Source: an uncultured Chloroflexia bacterium
GTDB taxonomy: Bacteria; Chloroflexota; Anaerolineae; CG2-30-64-16
Assembly: GCA_963695715.1 (NCBI GenBank)
Contig: CAVOHP010000026.1
Location: 818 to 64,817, forward strand
Reading direction: 5' to 3'
DNA length: 64,000 nt
Shown: piece by piece, positions 61,027 through 64,000 of the stretch
Layout of the letters: the number at the start of each line of letters is the position of its first letter
How positions within the stretch are numbered: position 1 is the stretch's first letter
Notes under the pieces: generated by a model
What the model saw: the letters and a program-made list of their open reading frames with translations, nothing else
The model's database searches: none
What the model was told of the DNA's origin: nothing
Made by a program: the position numbers and the translations under genes

Positions 61027-62172
61027 CTAAAGTCCTAACAGGCGAGCAATGATGTTGCGCTGGATATCGGAGGTGCCCGAGTAGAGCGTGCCGCCGATGG
61101 CGTCGCGCAAATCGCGCTCCACCTCGAACTCGGTCATATAACCGTAGCCGCCATGAATGCGGATGGCGTCGAGGCTGGACTGGACGAAGGCTTCGCTGAT
61201 GTAGAGCTTGGCCAGGGCTGCGTCCATCGGCGCAGGCTTTTCCAGCTTCTTTTGCCACGCGACCCGGTAGAGGATGAGACGGGCCGTTTCGAGGCGCACC
61301 TTCATGTCCGCAATGCGGTTGGCGACCGATTGGAACTTGCCGATCGGTTGGCCGAACTGTTCGCGCTCGCGTGCGTATTGGATGCATTCCTCCAGTTGCC
61401 GCTCCATCGCGCCGACGTGACTACCCAGGATGCACGCCCGCTCCCACTCCATCGAGTGATTGAAGATGCGCGTGCCGATGCCTTCCGCGCCGAGGCGATT
61501 CTCTTCGGGGACCAGGCAATCTTCGAGGATCACTTCGCCCATCGGGGCGGTGCGCAACCCCATTTTGTGCAGGTCGCGGCTGACGGTCAGGCCGGGGGTG
61601 TCGCGTTCGACGATGAACCCGGTGACGCCCCACATGCCCTTGCCGGGGTCTACCGTGGCGAAGATGATCGCCAGATCCGCCACGGGCGCGTTGGTCACGA
61701 ACATCTTGCTGCCGTTCAGGACATAGCCGCCGTCGCGGCGCTCGGCGCGCGTGTGCAGGCTATAGGCGTCTGAGCCGGAGTCGGGTTCGGACATACCGTG
61801 CATTCCTATCAGATCGCCGTTGCAGAGGCCGGGCAGGTATTTGCGCTTCTGCGCCTCGGACCCGAAGGCGAGGATCGGCATCTGGACGCTCCAGAGTTGG
61901 GCGTTCATCGCGAAGATGAGGCCGTTGTCCCGGCTACCGTAACCCAGACCCTCCATGGTGAGCATGGTGGTGAGGATGTCTTCCCCGGCGCCGCCATACG
62001 CTTCAGGGATGGGCAAGCCGAGGATGCCGAAGCGGGCGCACTTACGCCAGTTCTCCAGCGAGAACGCGCCTTCCTGGTCGCGTTCGATCAGCCCTTCATT
62101 CAGCTCTTTGCGGGCAAACTCAATGACGGCTTTCTTGTATGCGAGTTGTTCGTCTGTCCAGGAGAAATCCAT
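61027..62172 (-). CDS. acyl-CoA dehydrogenase-family flavoprotein
   Basis: Intact 381-aa ORF with MDFSWTDEQLAYKKAVIEFA, GMSEPDSGSD, FVTNAP and a C-terminal ...YSGTSDIQRNIIARLLGL. Confidence 0.85.
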   Translation of the reverse strand: MDFSWTDEQLAYKKAVIEFARKELNEGLIERDQEGAFSLENWRKCARFGILGLPIPEAYGGAGEDILTTMLTMEGLGYGSRDNGLIFAMNAQLWSVQMPILAFGSEAQKRKYLPGLCNGDLIGMHGMSEPDSGSDAYSLHTRAERRDGGYVLNGSKMFVTNAPVADLAIIFATVDPGKGMWGVTGFIVERDTPGLTVSRDLHKMGLRTAPMGEVILEDCLVPEENRLGAEGIGTRIFNHSMEWERACILGSHVGAMERQLEECIQYAREREQFGQPIGKFQSVANRIADMKVRLETARLILYRVAWQKKLEKPAPMDAALAKLYISEAFVQSSLDAIRIHGGYGYMTEFEVERDLRDAIGGTLYSGTSDIQRNIIARLLGL

Positions 62173-62274
62173 AGCACTCTTTCCGTTGTGTTTATGCCCC
62201 CGGGGCTGCGGGCATGGGATCCAATTGAGCCGTCCCGACGCGCCAGTGGCGACCGTATATCAGGTAACTCACTG

Positions 62275-63464
62275 CTACCTTGCCCTGAACCACGGGGCAG
62301 CCGTGGTGTCCGTCATGAAGAAGCTCATGAGCATATCTGCGACTTTGCGCGCGCCGGCGGGCGACGGATGGGTGCAGTCTTGCTCCATATCCGGCCCCTT
62401 CCAGGTTTGCCCGTCTGCCCTGGGGTTTTCGCCGTCAATCCAGAGATACGGCCCCCAGGTGATGTAGGGCGCACGCACTGCGCCCAGCTTCGGGTCGAAG
62501 TTGAGCGCCGGGTCATTCCGAAGCTGTCTTTCGATTAACCACTTAACGGCGAAGCCGGTTTCGTAGGCAATCGGTTCGGGACTCAGCCCGCGGAAGTAGG
62601 TATAGGAGCGCGTCCGGCTGGAGAAGTAGATCATCTTCAGGTTGGGGAACTCGGCCAGCAGGTTGTGCGTGATGTCTTCCAGCGCTTTTTCCAACTCTTC
62701 GGCTTTCTGCGGGGAACGTCCCGGCCGCGGGTCAGGGTTTGCTTGACCCAGGCGACCTGGACCTGTTCCGGTGTGACTTTGCGGTGTTTCAGGCGGGCGA
62801 GCAACTCCGGCCAGGGTCGCCCGTTCGGATCGGCCCATTTTTCGGCGGTCTGGCCGGCGAGCGCGCCGTTGATGATCACGAGGTTCGGATTCAGGTCCTT
62901 GCGTTCTTTGGCCATTCGCTCGAACTGACCGAACTCGATGGATGTGTTGGACATGCCCACGGAGATGAAGACGACCTTGCCGTTGGGATCGGGTCGGCCC
63001 TGGGCGTCGAGCGGCTGAATCTGCTTCGCGGCGGCCAGCCCGGCGGCTTCGTGGGCGGGGGGTCGCACGTTGGACCCACCCGGATAGAGGCCGCCCGTGA
63101 AGCCGGTGGGGCCGCCTTCCATGCGGACGTATTCGGATTTGCCCAGCTCGGTCAACGGCCTGGCGACGGGCTTGAAAGGTTCGGCGCACGTCGCGCTCTT
63201 GTCGCGTGTCGGTTGAGGGGGTCGTGTCGGGCGCGGGGGTGGGGTGGGGCGAGCGACCCGCGTCGGTTGGGTCTGAACCGCACGCTGCGCGAGCCGCGTG
63301 GGGGTCGCCTTGTATCCCATCGTCGCGCCGTTAACGTCACGCGCGCTGACCAGAACGGACGAAAGCCCGGTGATGGTAAGCGTGACGAGGATCACGACGA
63401 TCATCATGAGCGGCGTCCGTTGGCGTCGCGGCTTGGAAGTATTGCCCTTCATGTTCTTATCCAT
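62275..63464 (-). CDS. signal-anchored SGNH-like hydrolase/acyltransferase-fold protein, one frame change (about 62700)
   Basis: ORF 62637..63464 has an N-terminal TM (PLMMIVVILVTLTITGLSSVLV), a Pro-rich linker, and VVFISVGMSNT as a candidate block I Ser. ORF 62275..63189 has DCTHPSPAG as a candidate block V DxxH. Confidence 0.5.
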
Positions 63465-63493
63465 CTATTTCTGGTCAAGAAACCAGCTTTTCG

Positions 63494-64000
63494 TCAGGAG
63501 TCTGTGACGTGGAATGCCATCAGCATATCTGCCACGGCGTCAATGCCCAGGGGCGACGGGTGGGTGCAATCCTGGGGTGAGATTCGCACCGGTCCACGAC
63601 CAACCGTCGGCACGCGGGTTCTGGCCGTCAATCCACAAATAGGGTCCCCACGAAAGGTAGGGGGCCGCGACGGGGCCGACTGTCTCATCGTAGTTCAGCG
63701 CCGGGTCACCATTGATTTGCTGTTCGATCAACCACTTGACGGCGAAGCCCGTTTCGTACGCAGATGGTTCGGGACTCAGGCCGCGATAGATGTTGTATGA
63801 ACGCGTGCGGCTGGACAGGAAGACGATCTTGAGATTCGGGAAGCGCGCGTGCAGCAGGTGGATGATGGTCGTGAGGTCGCCCTGGAGTTGAAGCGCCTGG
63901 TCGGGGAACGCGCCGCCCGTAGCGTAGGTCAGCTTGATCCAGACGACCTGAACCTGTGCGTTTGTAAGATGCCTCCTGCTCAACTCCGTATCCAGCGTCG
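63494..64000 (-). CDS. paralogue of the SGNH-like protein (5' end beyond the window), one frame change (about 63600)
   Basis: ORF 63540..63983 (FPNLKIVFLSSRTRSYNIYRGLSPEPSAYETGFAVKWLIEQQ) plus ORF 63494..63688 (QDCTHPSPLGIDAVADMLMAFHVTDS). It is colinear with 62275-62750 at the protein level and partly at the DNA level. Confidence 0.5.

Noticed and set aside
62739-63800. 353-aa + strand ORF
   Set aside because: It is antisense to the two SGNH-like paralogues and spans their intergenic gap.
38933-64000. Possibility that the glycan cluster is a mobile genomic island
   Set aside because: There is no integrase, transposase, flanking tRNA or direct repeat in the window. I could not see an obvious compositional break by eye.

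Overview
This is a high-GC (by eye about 60-65%) bacterial chromosomal window that is almost fully coding. I saw no rRNA, tRNA, CRISPR array, transposase or integrase. All family calls come from motif recognition by eye; no searches were run.

**Block 1 (1-21.8 kb).** One minus-strand, LacI-headed glycan utilisation locus of alpha-L-fucoside/L-galactoside type. It holds two GH29 fucosidases, a GHL6/beta-galactosidase-trimerisation-type hydrolase and a URO-D-family protein. Transport is by an ABC system (binding protein plus two permeases) and an MFS transporter. There are also four oxidoreductases, a TIM-barrel isomerase and a ROK-like kinase. Unexpectedly, it also carries a kinase-like, nucleotidyltransferase and GDP-mannose-3,5-epimerase-like triad.

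**Block 2 (21.9-38.9 kb).** A mixed-orientation patchwork: GH2, a clan-A GH with a poly-Pro linker, a GH140-like enzyme, an AKR, a DUF2723 membrane protein, an RsbW/STAS pair, a CrtI-like oxidase, YihY and two gene remnants.

**Block 3 (38.9-64 kb).** One minus-strand, roughly 25 kb surface-glycan cluster.
- It contains a Wzc-type tyrosine autokinase and a TolB-like lipoprotein.
- It encodes a complete GDP-D-glycero-alpha-D-manno-heptose pathway (GmhB, fused GmhA-HddC, HddA).
- It has two phosphoglycosyl transferases, GT4/GT2 enzymes, a Wzy/O-antigen-ligase-type protein and an epimerase.
- The most unusual part is a Dlt-like carrier-protein acylation cassette: a stand-alone NRPS-type adenylation enzyme, an 81-aa carrier protein sandwiched between two AT3 membrane acyltransferases, an acyl-CoA-dehydrogenase-family flavoprotein, a flavin-dependent halogenase with a WxWxIP motif, and two exported SGNH-like paralogues.

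**Frame changes.** Many genes need 1-8 frame changes to read through. These are probably homopolymer indels from a long-read assembly, but they are very unevenly distributed. Coordinates therefore describe reconstructed genes, not raw ORFs.
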